Assembly (NCBI RefSeq): GCF_001194135.2 | Contig: NC_068989.1 | Location: forward strand, 47,692,806-47,731,255 | Direction of reading: 5' to 3' | Source of the DNA: Octopus bimaculoides | Taxonomy: Eukaryota | Length of the DNA: 38,450 bases | Shown here: one piece after another, positions 1-10,839 of the stretch | Layout of the letters: each line of letters starts with the position of its first letter | How positions within the stretch are numbered: the first letter of the stretch is position 1 | Translations under genes and position numbers: made by a program | Notes under the pieces: generated by a model | Told to the model about the DNA's origin: nothing | Seen by the model: only the letters and a program-made list of their open reading frames with translations | The model's database searches: none

Positions 1-88
<88 letters not shown>

Positions 89-121
89 GCTGTTATTGTT
101 GTTATTACTGTTGTTGTTGTT
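1..121. repeat. (TAT)n/(TGT)n compound microsatellite
   Basis: Directly visible trinucleotide runs. Confidence 0.98.
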
Positions 122-749
122 GATAACAACTTTGTATTCAAGTACGGTATATCTTGAGGAGATCTGCAAGGATACCACAATGTAATAAATCAATATGCTA
201 CTAAGGAAAAAAAAATAAATAAAAGAATTTTTGACTTTCTAAAATTATTGCCAAATTATTTATGACAGGTAAACAATCGTTTCACAAATATCTACCTCCG
301 TTTTGATCTTCATCAAAATCGATAGACATGGCGACAACGTGTCACATTGACTTGCTTACAAGTATCCATTATGGGCCTAAACAGAAATTCAGTTTTCAAG
401 ACCAATATATGACATCACAGAAGCTATAGACGGTAGATGGGACGGTTATATTTGGCTTATTTGGCATGGTTATCATCGGAGTTCTAGAAGTCTCTTCGAT
501 CAGAATTGACCTGATGGGGATGGGTGTCTTAGAAGCAGTCGACTACCATGCGACTGATCAATAGGAGATCAATTCGAATTATACGTCCATCGTCTATGTC
601 TTTCACATAGCTTTATGAGGTCAGTTCTGACCAGAATCAAACAAACCAGCGACTATGCGTGTCTTGTTACCTGGCTGTCAGACAACAGCTGATTTGGGTC
701 ACATGTAACTATTCGTTATGTAATTATCCATGTAACTATTCGTTAACAG

Positions 750-925
750 CTGATATAAAAAGGGACACTGGGGTACAAATAAACGTGGCCCAATATACCC
801 ATCGTCTGATAAGGGTTCTCGAGGAACATGCATTACAACCATATGTGCGTGACATGGTTATCTCATATCAACATAAACAGCGCATGACCTTGCAGCTGAA
901 GCTCTGTTAGAACTTTCTCCAGGTC
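750..925. mobile_element. Partial copy of the interspersed element at 4150-4707
   Basis: Shares GACACTGGGGTA, CGTCTGATAAGGGT and ACAACCATATGTGCGTGACATGGTTATCTCATAT...AAACAGCGCATGACCTTG with 4179-4318. Confidence 0.85.
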
Positions 926-1022
926 CCGATTACATTACACATTAAAATTCACAAAAGACTGTTCTGAGGAATTTCAACCATTTTTCGTGGTCTGCTACCA
1001 CAACAGCTCCTTTATAATATCT

Positions 1023-1516
1023 AGTTAGCTCAAGACATCATCAGGAGGAACCACGTCCGGTTTCGGCCCCTACTCCTCTACCGTTTTGACGTGGCGGGGC
1101 CGCCCCTNNNNNNNNNNNNNNNNNNNNNNNNNNNNNNNNNNNNNNNNNNNNNNNNNNNNNNNTTCGGCCCCTACTCCTCTACCGTTTTGACGTGGCGCCC
1201 CCCCCCCCTTTCGGAGGTGTCTTCAGCTCTGGTGTTGGGTGCATGTCTTCTTTCACTGTTTGTGACTGTTCTAATTCAACTGTGGAATGTCCCTCGCTAT
1301 GGTTATTTTCCAGGAGATTCTGGCCACACGTCTTACGGTTCATCAACCCGCGTTGTTGAATTACTTCCCTTGGTGGATTAGGATCCAGTTAGCTCAAGAC
1401 ATGATCAAGAGGAACCACGTCCGGTTTCGGCCCCTACTCCTCTACCGTTTTGACGTGGCGGGGCCGCCCCTTTCGGAGATGTCTTCAGCTCTGGTGTTGG
1501 GTGCGTGTCTTCTTTC
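1023..1516. repeat. GC-rich locally duplicated module (~130 bp core), possibly a decayed retroelement ORF on the minus strand
   Basis: AGTTAGCTCAAGACAT...GGAACCACGTCCGGTTTCGGCCCCTACTCCTCTACCGTTTTGACGTGGCG occurs at ~1024 and ~1387, with part repeated at 1163 after an N gap. Confidence 0.75.
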
Positions 1517-1984
1517 TTCTATTCCCTGGCCACTTCGATGCAGCATCAACGAGTGTCAGCGTCCGACTGACTGTCTTGTCAAATTCCAGGTACTTCATTA
1601 AAGAAATTTGGCTTCAAGCTCGAGTTGAAACAGTTACAGACTAGACTACCCAGCAGCTTACCTCTTCTTTCACGTCTGATAAGTGCCACAAACGTCAATT
1701 GTTGAAAAGTTGCCGACTGAAAATTTTGTTTATGCTTTTTAATCAAAGACAAAAGCAGAAGCAAGAAATAAAATATCAACTGATTGATTGAAATAATAAT
1801 AGACGTCATTTTCAATAGTTGCAGTCATTGTTGACGTTATCTACGATTGCCAGTACTAATCTTGACAGTTGACTTTTAACAACTTCATATATCTCTAAAC
1901 ATGTGTTCCATTACAAAGAATAAATACACTAGGTACACTCAGAGAGTTAGACAAAAACATCATCAGACACGCACTGCCCATGCT

Positions 1985-2383
1985 CTCCAACGTACACATA
2001 TACATATACATACACGTGTGTGTATGTGTGTGAGAATGTGTGTGTGTGTGTGTGCGTGTGTGTGCGTGTGTGTGTATCTGTAAGTTAATGTTTATATTCC
2101 CTCACTCTCTCTCTTCCCTTCTCTCTCTCTGTATGTATATATATATGTATGTATGTATGTATAGATACACACACATATACACACATGCACATTTACGCAC
2201 ATACATTTATCATGTATGTATATGGATGTGTGTGTATGCGCACAAAATCGTACATGCACATACTTTATATATACGTACACATACATATAACATATATAAA
2301 TGTATATATATATTTATATGTATATATACATACATGTATATATATGTACGCACACACACGCATACACACGCGCGCACACACAC

Positions 2384-2426
<43 letters not shown>

Positions 2427-2510
2427 CTTACATACATTTCTGTGTATGAAAGAGAGAGAGAGAAAGAGAGAGAGAGAGACAGAGAGACAGAGAGAGAAAG
2501 AAAGACTGTG
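1985..2510. repeat. Compound (GT)n/(TA)n/(CA)n/(GA)n low-complexity tract
   Basis: Directly visible; explains the overlapping junk ORFs. Confidence 0.95.
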
Positions 2511-2936
2511 TATGCCTGTATATTTATGTACATTTCCTCTCCGAACTAGACTAGACATACCTTGTTAGGCTGTCTTTTGTTTTACGACTATGTGTGAAAT
2601 CATCTTTTAAGATCTGTTATATCCTAAAGTCATTATACATCAAATCTTATTATACATCACAGTCCATTATGTTTCAAGTCTTATATATCAATCTCATTAT
2701 GTCTTCAGTCTTACTATATATATCAAGACCATTATATATTAAGTCTCTTTTTTTATTTGATGTCTGATTAGGTAACAAGGTTGCTTGTATCAAGTTCTAT
2801 TTTTTCTGAGTTTTTTTTAATATAATTTTGACCTGATTTTTAACAGTATTATGTATTGCTGTTGTTGTTGTTGCTGCTGCTGCTGTTGTTGTTGTTGTTA
2901 TTGTTGTTGTTGTTGTTGTTGTTGTTATTGTTGTTG

Positions 2937-2993
2937 AGGTGACAAGCTGGCAGAAACGCTAGCACGTCGGGCGAAATGCTTAGCAGTATTTCG
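2937..2993 (+). mobile_element. SINE family B, head only
   Basis: GAGCTGGCAGAA..GTTAGCACGCCGGGCGAAATGCTTAG-type head, matching the copies at 27869-28063 and 20685; cut off by (TTA)n. Confidence 0.75.
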
Positions 2994-3017
2994 TTATTAT
3001 TTTTATTATTATTATTA

Positions 3018-3224
3018 CCTCTCACAACTGGCTCAGGTTTATGTTCATATCAGTAAGCATGAGTGCTGATTTTGTAGTGTTCACATATTTTCCAGTGTAA
3101 ATATTGTCCTACCCTATTGTGGCGATATTTGTATTCGTTTGGTGTCAGCACAGGACATCCCGAGACGAGAGGGTCAATTGTTTCGTCAAATGTGTCGCAA
3201 AATCTGCATTTAGGATCAGAACCG
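3018..3224 (-). mobile_element. R4/Dong-type (RLE) non-LTR retrotransposon fragment, zinc knuckle region
   Basis: Translates to KCRFCDTFDETIDPLVSGCPVLTPNEYKYRHNRVGQYLHWKICEHY..*YEHKPEPVV. This matches the CxxC-ET-H-C knuckle (H replaced by P) plus the RHN motif preceding the RLE domain in R2/R4-group elements. (TAA)n on both sides. Confidence 0.9.
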
Positions 3225-3230
3225 TTATTA

Positions 3231-3306
<76 letters not shown>

Positions 3307-3333
3307 TATTATTACTACTACTATTATTATAGT

Positions 3334-3830
3334 TTGACTTATACAGAAGGTTGGACATGTAGAGTTTCCAGTTTGGTATACGCGGCAGAATGCATGAAAC
3401 ACGACTTGATATATGTTGGTTGTACAACAGAACAATTAAACAAAAGATTTAATGGGCACAGATTCCACGTCAGGCACAATAAGTGTAGTTCGACAGAAGA
3501 TGCTGAACATTTCGTTTCAAACGGCTGCAATTTTTAAAAGGACTTGAAAGTGCATATTCTTAGAAAATATTCTGAATCTGCTTCATTTTCACATCTGAGT
3601 GCATGAGGAGAAATATGTTTGCGGGTTATTAACATCACGCCCTGGAGGAATGAATAAAAATGAAAGGAGAATATCATCAAATTTATACAAAACTGTTTGA
3701 TTAAATATTTTTCTGTTTCATTTTCTTTTTTTCTTTTTTCATTCCTCTTTTCTTTCTGTCTTTTTTTCTGTCATATTCTTTTCGCCTGTTATAAAATTGA
3801 AACTTAAAGACTGATGATGTAATTCCATCA
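3334..3830 (+). mobile_element. Penelope-like element, GIY-YIG endonuclease C-terminus and 3' UTR (pseudogenised)
   Basis: TCRVSSLVYAAECMKHDLIYVGCTTEQLNKRFNGHR...EHF...DLKVHIL, then after a frameshift EEKY...PGGMN ending at 3700: VY..YVG motif, conserved R, E, N and the Cys/His residues typical of PLE endonucleases. One in-frame stop. Confidence 0.88.
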
Positions 3831-4037
3831 ACCTGTGGACGTTGGTTGGTATTGTTCATACTTTAAATTTAAATTTCTATAATTTTCAATGTTTATCACC
3901 TCTTATTTTGAACTTGGCAAAGACAGACTAACTGTCAAAATATCGTTCAACCAACAAAATATCTATTACAATCGAATTGCGATCTTTGTCTTGAGTGTTT
4001 AACTTTATGAAGAGTTACGTCAATCCCTTTAAAATAC

Positions 4038-4097
<60 letters not shown>

Positions 4098-4114
4098 CAT
4101 TATTNNNNNNNNNN

Positions 4115-4148
<34 letters not shown>

Positions 4149-4149
4149 G

Positions 4150-4704
4150 AGTGAGAGAGCAGTGCATGCCATCAAGGTGACACTGGGGTATGAATATACG
4201 AAGCCCACTATACCCATAAAGACTACCCGTCTGATAAGGGTATACCAGGCACATGCATCACAACCATATGTGCGTGACATGGTTATCTCATATTAATATA
4301 AACAGCGCATGACCTTGTAGTGGGGTTCAGTTAGAGTTTTCTTAAGGGCGAGTAGCCCATCCCGCTCAAAAGGTCCCTGAATAAGAATTGTTTAAAGATG
4401 TTTAACGAAACACCCATGTTTCCAGATGTGAATTATTCAAACCCTAAAAAATTCCTCTCAACACATGGCTATGATGTTCCCCCACTACTTCTGCTCGTGT
4501 TCAGAAATGCACATATCGTCATCCACCAAGGGACATACACAACTGGTTAAGGTCAACCAACTGACAAGCAAATCTGTGGTATTGAGTAGAATATTTGTGC
4601 TGTAACCCATCTTTTACTCCAAGACAAAACACTGTACACGATAACACTTTCAATCAGTTAAGATCAGAAGCCATGAGAGCCACTGCCTGGTACTGCATCA
4701 GGGC

Positions 4705-4707
<3 letters not shown>
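4150..4707 (-). mobile_element. ~560 bp non-coding interspersed element bounded by (TAA)n on both sides
   Basis: Sharp microsatellite boundaries on both sides; second partial copy at 750-925. Strand is inferred from the assumed (AAT)n tail. Confidence 0.75.
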
Positions 4708-4788
<81 letters not shown>

Positions 4789-5460
4789 ATTGGATGGTTC
4801 TATACAAAAGCTGAAATCAAGTCAATATACAATATTTATTATTTATTCAACTCTGCTATACATCAAAATCTTATTAAAAGTGAAAATTGTCTATTATGCA
4901 TTCGCATCTTATTGTGAAACAACATTTCATTGAACACCCAAGACAAAATTTATAGTAATGAAATGGTCAATTTAAAGTGTATGAAATGATTAATAGCCGC
5001 AGAAGCAGTATTAATACCAAAAGGTAATATTTATCTCCCACTTAAAGTGGATATTGTGTTAGAACAACGAACGCTGCCTTATTTACCATAAGGCGGCATT
5101 TTATATGGACTTGTGTTGCATAAAAGGACTCCTGTTCATATCGTTGACGGATCATAACCATCTTCTACGGCCATTAGGGCGAAATCACCTGATCTCTCAT
5201 GCTCAGTAGCCGTACTGGAAGGTTATCGCCCGTCGACGATATAAACAGGTGTCATTTTATGTCCGCGGACATTTATTTGTGGTTTTGGAGTCAGGATTTG
5301 ACTGCTATTTTTTCAGCGCGGTGGTATCTCTTGATACCCTGTATTATAATTTTAAATAATTATTACCTTTGATGGTTTTTATTCCTATGCTAACCACTTG
5401 ATAAGATCAATATTTTAAATACCGATCTTATCCTTATTTATATAAATATATATATATATA

Positions 5461-5628
5461 GGCACAAGCGTGGCTGTGTGGTAAGAAGCTTACTTCCCAA
5501 CAACATGGTTCCGGGTTCAGTCCTGCTGCATAGCACCTTGGGCAAGTGTATTTTATTATAGCCTCGGGCCGGCCAAAGCCTTGTGAGTGGATTTTTAGAC
5601 AGAAACTGAAAGAAGCCTGTCGTGTATG

Positions 5629-5675
<47 letters not shown>

Positions 5676-5877
5676 TCGTGCGTCTGTGTTTGTCCCCCAC
5701 CATCACTTGACAACCGATGTTGGTGTGCTTACTTCCACGTAAGTTAGCAGTTCGGCAAAAGAGAGCGATAGAATAAGTACTAGGCTTACAAAGAATAAGT
5801 CGTGGGGTCGACTAGTTCGACTAAACGGTGTTGCTCCAGCAAGGCCGCAATGAAATGACTTAACCAATTAAAAGAGT
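5461..5877 (+). mobile_element. tRNA-derived SINE family A, full length with internal (TA/GT)n
   Basis: A-box-like TGGCTGTGTGG, B-box-like GGTTCAGTCC, CORE/Meta-like ACCTTGGGCAAGTG; the tail recurs at 16690, 23525 and 27511. Confidence 0.9.
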
Positions 5878-5894
5878 AATGCATACACATATAC

Positions 5895-6056
5895 AACAGC
5901 CTTCCACACTGTTTCTGTCTACCAAATTCACTCACAATGCAGTGGTCGTCCCGAGACTATAGCAGAAGGTTTACCCAAGCTGCTCCGCAGTAGGACCGTA
6001 ACCGAAACTATGTGGTTGCAAAGTGAACTTCTTAACCGCACAGCCACGCCTGCACC
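5895..6056 (-). mobile_element. SINE family A, 5' half, diverged
   Basis: Reverse complement aligns to the head and core of 5461-5625. Confidence 0.8.
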
Positions 6057-6850
6057 TATAGCATATAACAAAAGAAGAACGGTAACCTACACTAATTTTC
6101 TGAGAAAGTAAATCTGCGTCATTAGTGCTATCACTGGGATGAGTAGCAAACAAACAGAAGTCGTTTAGTAGATAAAGTCAACGTTAGCTACAGTTACACA
6201 AGGGATTTGATAATATTATTAAAAACAAAAGAAAACTTCGAAGACCTAATGACAACTATATACAGGATCAGCAACTGAATTCAATTGAAAGATAAGATGG
6301 CGAATTAGCAGAGTTTGTAGACTACCAAATAAAATACCTCATGGTATTCGTTACAACCTTCTGCTCACTAAGTTCATATCCCAGTCAGATAAAGTTTCTC
6401 TCAAACTTCGTTGGATCCGTAACGATAACAACCCAGTATAAAGGGTTGGCGATCCTGTAAGAACGTTGGAAGAGATACCTTTTCGTATTTGTTCCACTCC
6501 AGATCGGAGCACAATTCTGGATAATACATAATGGAATATGATTAGTATAATAGATATTCAATAAAGAAATTTATCAATTGTACCATTCGTCTTGAGCACG
6601 CTTTACATTTCTTGTATTTCATAAAGTATAGACTTAAACTTTGTATGTGTGTATGTTTGATTGCCTTGATATCCATATATATGTGTAAGCAATACATACA
6701 ATGATACAAAATAAATAAAAAGACAAAAAAAATAATGTCAACGAAAGGAAGCCATAGAAATGTTCGCTATTTCCAAACAGAAAGTAGACACGTAAACGAT
6801 ATATGCGTATAAAGATAATTACAGGAGATTAATACACAGACACAGACACA

Positions 6851-6900
<50 letters not shown>

Positions 6901-6908
6901 TGTCTGTG

Positions 6909-6941
<33 letters not shown>

Positions 6942-7103
6942 NNNNNNNNNNNNNNNNNNNNNNNNNNNNNNNNNNNNNNNNNNNNNNNNNNNNNNNNNNN
7001 NNNNNNNNNNNNNNNNNNNNNNNNNNNNNNNNNNNNNNNNNNNNNNNNNNNNNNNNNNNNNNNNNNNNNNNNNNNNNNNNNNNNNNNNNNNNNNNNNNNN
7101 NNN

Positions 7104-7137
<34 letters not shown>

Positions 7138-7199
7138 TGTATATGTATATACACTCACGTGTGTATGTACATACCATGTGTTCGTATGTGTGTGTCAGC

Positions 7200-7460
7200 G
7201 CGTGTTTGTCCTCTTCCATGCTTAATTATTTGAGTTCGTTTTTTAAGAGATCTGATTTCCATCGCTGGAATGTAGATAACAAACAATGTCACATTTTGAA
7301 TTTGAGAAAAGTCTTGGGTACTTCTACTGTTCCGCTCACAGATTGTATTAGTAATGTGTTCTTAAGATGGTTATCACTTTTTCTGAAAACCCCAGCTTTT
7401 TTCAATTGTCACTTAGGTATTTGCAAGCAAAACAAAGTGCTCCAATTCTTATTGGTATAC
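7200..7460 (-). mobile_element. R4/Dong-type RLE LINE 3' end (ORF C-terminus plus short UTR)
   Basis: IGALCFACKYLSDN*KKLGFSEK, then frameshifted LIQSVSGTVEVPKTFLKFKM*, resembling the IGALG...LEKLG...Q...GT...K.FL ending of RLE-clade ORFs. Confidence 0.72.
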
Positions 7461-7490
7461 ATATGCATATATATATATATATATATATAT

Positions 7491-7706
7491 AATTTGGATA
7501 TAGAAGCTGAAGATTTCGAAGCAGTTGTCTGTCAGTTTCTGTCTTTCTCTTTGATATTCGAGGAGATAATCAAATCAGCAGGACAACTAACCTGTCCGAT
7601 GGTTATGCCGGTACAGAAGTTACGCCCCTATTCCTGAAAAGAATTAATAATATTTTGCTCAACGCTGCAAAATCTTTGATTATAGAATAGCTGGACATGG
7701 GCTGGC
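7491..7706. repeat. 216 bp element abutting (TA)n, copy 1
   Basis: Near-identical to 8448-8663 (3 substitutions counted by eye). Confidence 0.95.
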
Positions 7707-7807
7707 TTGGTATTAAAGGAAAACAACAACGACCTCAATAAAAGAGCCATGAAACCCCAAAGCTCTCTACTCGGGCAAGACAAGGAGTAGTTTTATAAAG
7801 CTGCTAT

Positions 7808-7876
7808 AAATAGAAGCTTAATATCTGCAAGAAATAGAAGCTTAATATCTGCAAGAAATAGAAGCTTAATATCTGC
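7808..7876. repeat. 24 bp tandem repeat, ~2.9 copies
   Basis: Unit AAATAGAAGCTTAATATCTGCAAG. Confidence 0.95.
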
Positions 7877-8011
7877 TATTGATAAAATACCTTCATATTT
7901 TTTATTGATTCCGAAAGTGTGAAAACCAACTAAAAGAAATGAATTTATTAAAAAGGTATAAATATAGTGTTGACAACGTCACTGTAGGCATTTTCGGATA
8001 GGATTCATAAC

Positions 8012-8335
8012 GGGCACTCCGTCGGTTACAACGACTAGGATTCCAATTGATCCGAACTACGAACAACCTGTTCCTAAAATTAACGTACAAATGGTCGGGC
8101 ACTTCACAAACATGCCTACCCTTAACGTAGTTCTCAAGAGATATTCAGTGTGATACAGAATGTGACAAGGCTGGCGCTTTGAAATACAGGTACTAATTAT
8201 ATTTGCCAACTGAGCGTACTGAAATGATGTGAAATAAATCGTCTTCCTCAAGGATACTACACACCGCCTGGAAACGAACACACGACCTTACGATCATGAT
8301 CCGAACTCCCCTAAAAACTAAAGCACTCGCCTTCA
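8012..8335 (-). mobile_element. tRNA-derived SINE family C (Meta/CORE-like centre) with the tail shared with family D
   Basis: Head and core resemble 33850-34001 and 28452-28600; tail resembles 22515-22690. Confidence 0.8.
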
Positions 8336-8447
8336 TAGAACATGGACCTAATCACCTACCAAATCCAGTTTACATACATCGGGTTGTGTATTCAAATAAC
8401 TTAGTGTATTATAAATATGAATTAGATGTTTATGTGTCTATATATAT

Positions 8448-8663
8448 AATTTGGATATAGAAGCTGAAGATTTCGAAGCAGTTGTCTGTCAGTTTCTGTC
8501 TTTCTCTTTGATATTCGAGGAGATAATCAAATCAGCAGGACAACTAACCTGTCCGATGGTTATGCCGGTACAGAAGTTACGCCCCTATTCCTGAAAAGAA
8601 TTAATGATATTTTGCTCAACGTTGCAAAATCTTTGATTATAGAATAGCTGGACATGGGTTGGC
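8448..8663. repeat. 216 bp element abutting (TA)n, copy 2
   Basis: Direct repeat of 7491-7706 at an offset of 957 bp. Confidence 0.95.
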
Positions 8664-8777
8664 AAACAGGTAGCACATTTCTATCATAGTTATTAGGTTT
8701 TACTTATGACTGAAAAAGCAATAGCATGTGCATTGCAGATAAAATGCACAACATATGTATGTATGTATGTATGTATG

Positions 8778-9172
8778 TCAATAGCTATGCCTTCCCACGT
8801 GTTAGGAGAGATGTTGGCATCTCTCAAGGAAACCTTCAGCAAGTCTTTATATCTCTTTTTTTGGTTTATGTGGAGGTCGTTCTCCTTTAGCTAACTCTCC
8901 ATAAAAGAGTTGTTTTGGCATCCTTGAATCTTTCATCCTGACCAGATGACCACTCTATCTGAGCCTTTGCTTCAGCACAAGAGATTCTACACTTTCACAC
9001 CGAGAGCTTTCCAATATCTCAAGATCGCTGATGCGGTCCTCCCACTTGATGCCACAGATCCGTCTGAGACACATCTGATGGAAACGTTCCAGTTGTTTAA
9101 GGTGGTATCGATATGTGACCCAGGTCTCGCAGACATAAAGAAGAGAAGAGAGTACACACGCCTTGTAGTATA
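8778..9172 (-). mobile_element. RTE-clade LINE, post-RT region (inverted segment)
   Basis: YKACVLSSLLYVCETWVTYRYHLKQLERFHQMCLRRICGIKWEDRIS...LR*SGHLVRMKDSRMPKQLFYGELAKGERPPHKPKKRYKD...WEGIAID, a typical RTE/BovB-like sequence. Confidence 0.93.
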
Positions 9173-9175
9173 TTT

Positions 9176-9432
9176 ACTAATCATGTCTGTTGGGCATGTG
9201 GAAGGGGGTGTGATTCAGCAGGAGGACTTAAACGACACGCAAAGGTACATGGAGCCCAATTACAACAACAGCCAGCTATTGCCAGTAAAGGTTTTGGATG
9301 CCAACTCTGTGCAAGACATTGTAGATCTTTGGCTGGGCTAAAAAGTCACATTCGATCACAGCACCGTTAAGTTAAGCTTCGTGCAATGGCCGTACTCGAT
9401 AACGAGGGGGCAGCCATCGTGTATGTATGTAT
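9176..9432 (+). mobile_element. RTE-clade LINE 3' end: two C2H2-like fingers, stop, short UTR, (GTAT)n tail
   Basis: CWACGRGCDSAGGLKRHAKVH...CQLCARHCRSLAGLKSHIRSQHR*, stop at 9368-9370. Confidence 0.85.
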
Positions 9433-9451
9433 ATGTGTCTGTATATATATA

Positions 9452-9600
9452 TCAGGTCGTCCCATAAGATCTGTCCGAATTTTGAATAAAGAAAACAAGT
9501 GATCAAATGTTATATTTAATTGAAATTTAATCATCAATGTACTTTCCTTGATTATCTATGACTTCCTTCCAATTTTTTACAAGCTTATTAATTAGTTGTT
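9452..9600 (-). mobile_element. mariner transposon 3' end with terminal inverted repeat
   Basis: NKLVKNWKEVIDNQGKYIDD* matches the mariner C-terminus (W..V....G.Y); TCAGGTCGTCCCATAAG TIR-like end next to (TA)n. Confidence 0.78.
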
Positions 9601-9898
9601 CGATCGACTGAATTTTCTGCTCGATGAATTAACGAGTAAGTAGTGGCACATTCCATAAAGACCTATGTCCATAACGCAACTCCCAGGAAGAATCAGCACG
9701 AAAAGTTGTACTCTTGAAGCAAAAATGCAATCCATCTGACTGGCTTTTGCATTGCTTCTTTCTGTAGCTTTTAAAATGCATGGATTAATACGAGACGACA
9801 GAAAATAACATTTGCTCGATATGCCAATCTGTGGATGGAAACCTGGACCTTGTTATTGGGAAACAGACATATGGAGGGCGAGAGAGAGAGAGAGATGT

Positions 9899-9950
<52 letters not shown>

Positions 9951-10079
9951 TTGTAAGTTGTAGGTCCATCTAGGGCCATAGAAAATAGCGTTTACTTGAT
10001 ATGCCACTCTGCGGCGACGAAACCGTAGCCTTCATATTGTGATGCATACACACATACATACTTACATTCATATATTCAC

Positions 10080-10123
10080 GCACACACACACACACACATA
10101 TACATGCGTAAATACACATTTCT

Positions 10124-10222
<99 letters not shown>

Positions 10223-10345
10223 TACTTATGTATATATATGTATATATATGTATATATAAGTGAGTTTGTGTCTGTATATAAATTTTCATGTGTGTGTGTG
10301 TGTGTGTGTGGGTGTGTGTGTGTGTGTGGGTGTGTGTGTGTGTGC
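10080..10345. repeat. (CA)n/(TA)n/(GATA)n/(GT)n compound microsatellite
   Basis: Directly visible. Confidence 0.95.
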
Positions 10346-10761
10346 GTATCTATATCCATTCATATATCTTCAGATGGTCGTATATTTTCATATACATATT
10401 CATATGCTTATATTCTTAATGCATAACCATGCTGATATATTCACGACAAAATGGCTTTACACTGCTACTGTATAAAACTGCATTTCTAATAAGATATACA
10501 GTGCAGCAAATTGCAGAGATGCAAACAGATAAACCTGATATATATATTCCTGTTCAATGCATCTAGGGTAACAGAGAAATATGCAGCCTGTTTTGTGCAT
10601 TGCAGCAATTAGTTGTTGCTTGTGTTTAGTGCTGCAACGTCAGCTTGCTTGTGCATCTACATAGTTTTCAAGCTTCTACTTGACAGACAGAGCAAGGTGA
10701 CCAAATATATCGATGACGTAAATATGTGTGCATAAGAGACTTCTGTGTGTGTATTTATATA

Positions 10762-10839
<78 letters not shown>

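Noticed and set aside
274-318. Hammerhead-like UUGAUGA...GAAAC on the minus strand
   Set aside because: C3 is changed, stem II is only partly paired, and stems I and III do not form. At best a very old relic.
1205-1228. CUGAAGA-CACCUCC-GAAA on the minus strand (also near 1470-1490)
   Set aside because: No stem II, I or III pairing; lies within a probable coding-derived repeat.
2615-2745. Diverged ~14-15 bp periodic repeat containing CTGAAGA...GAAAC on the minus strand
   Set aside because: The motif arises from the periodic sequence; no ribozyme stems.
3811-3850. CTGATGA in the PLE 3' UTR
   Set aside because: Right place for a PLE hammerhead, but no GAAA half follows; cannot be supported.
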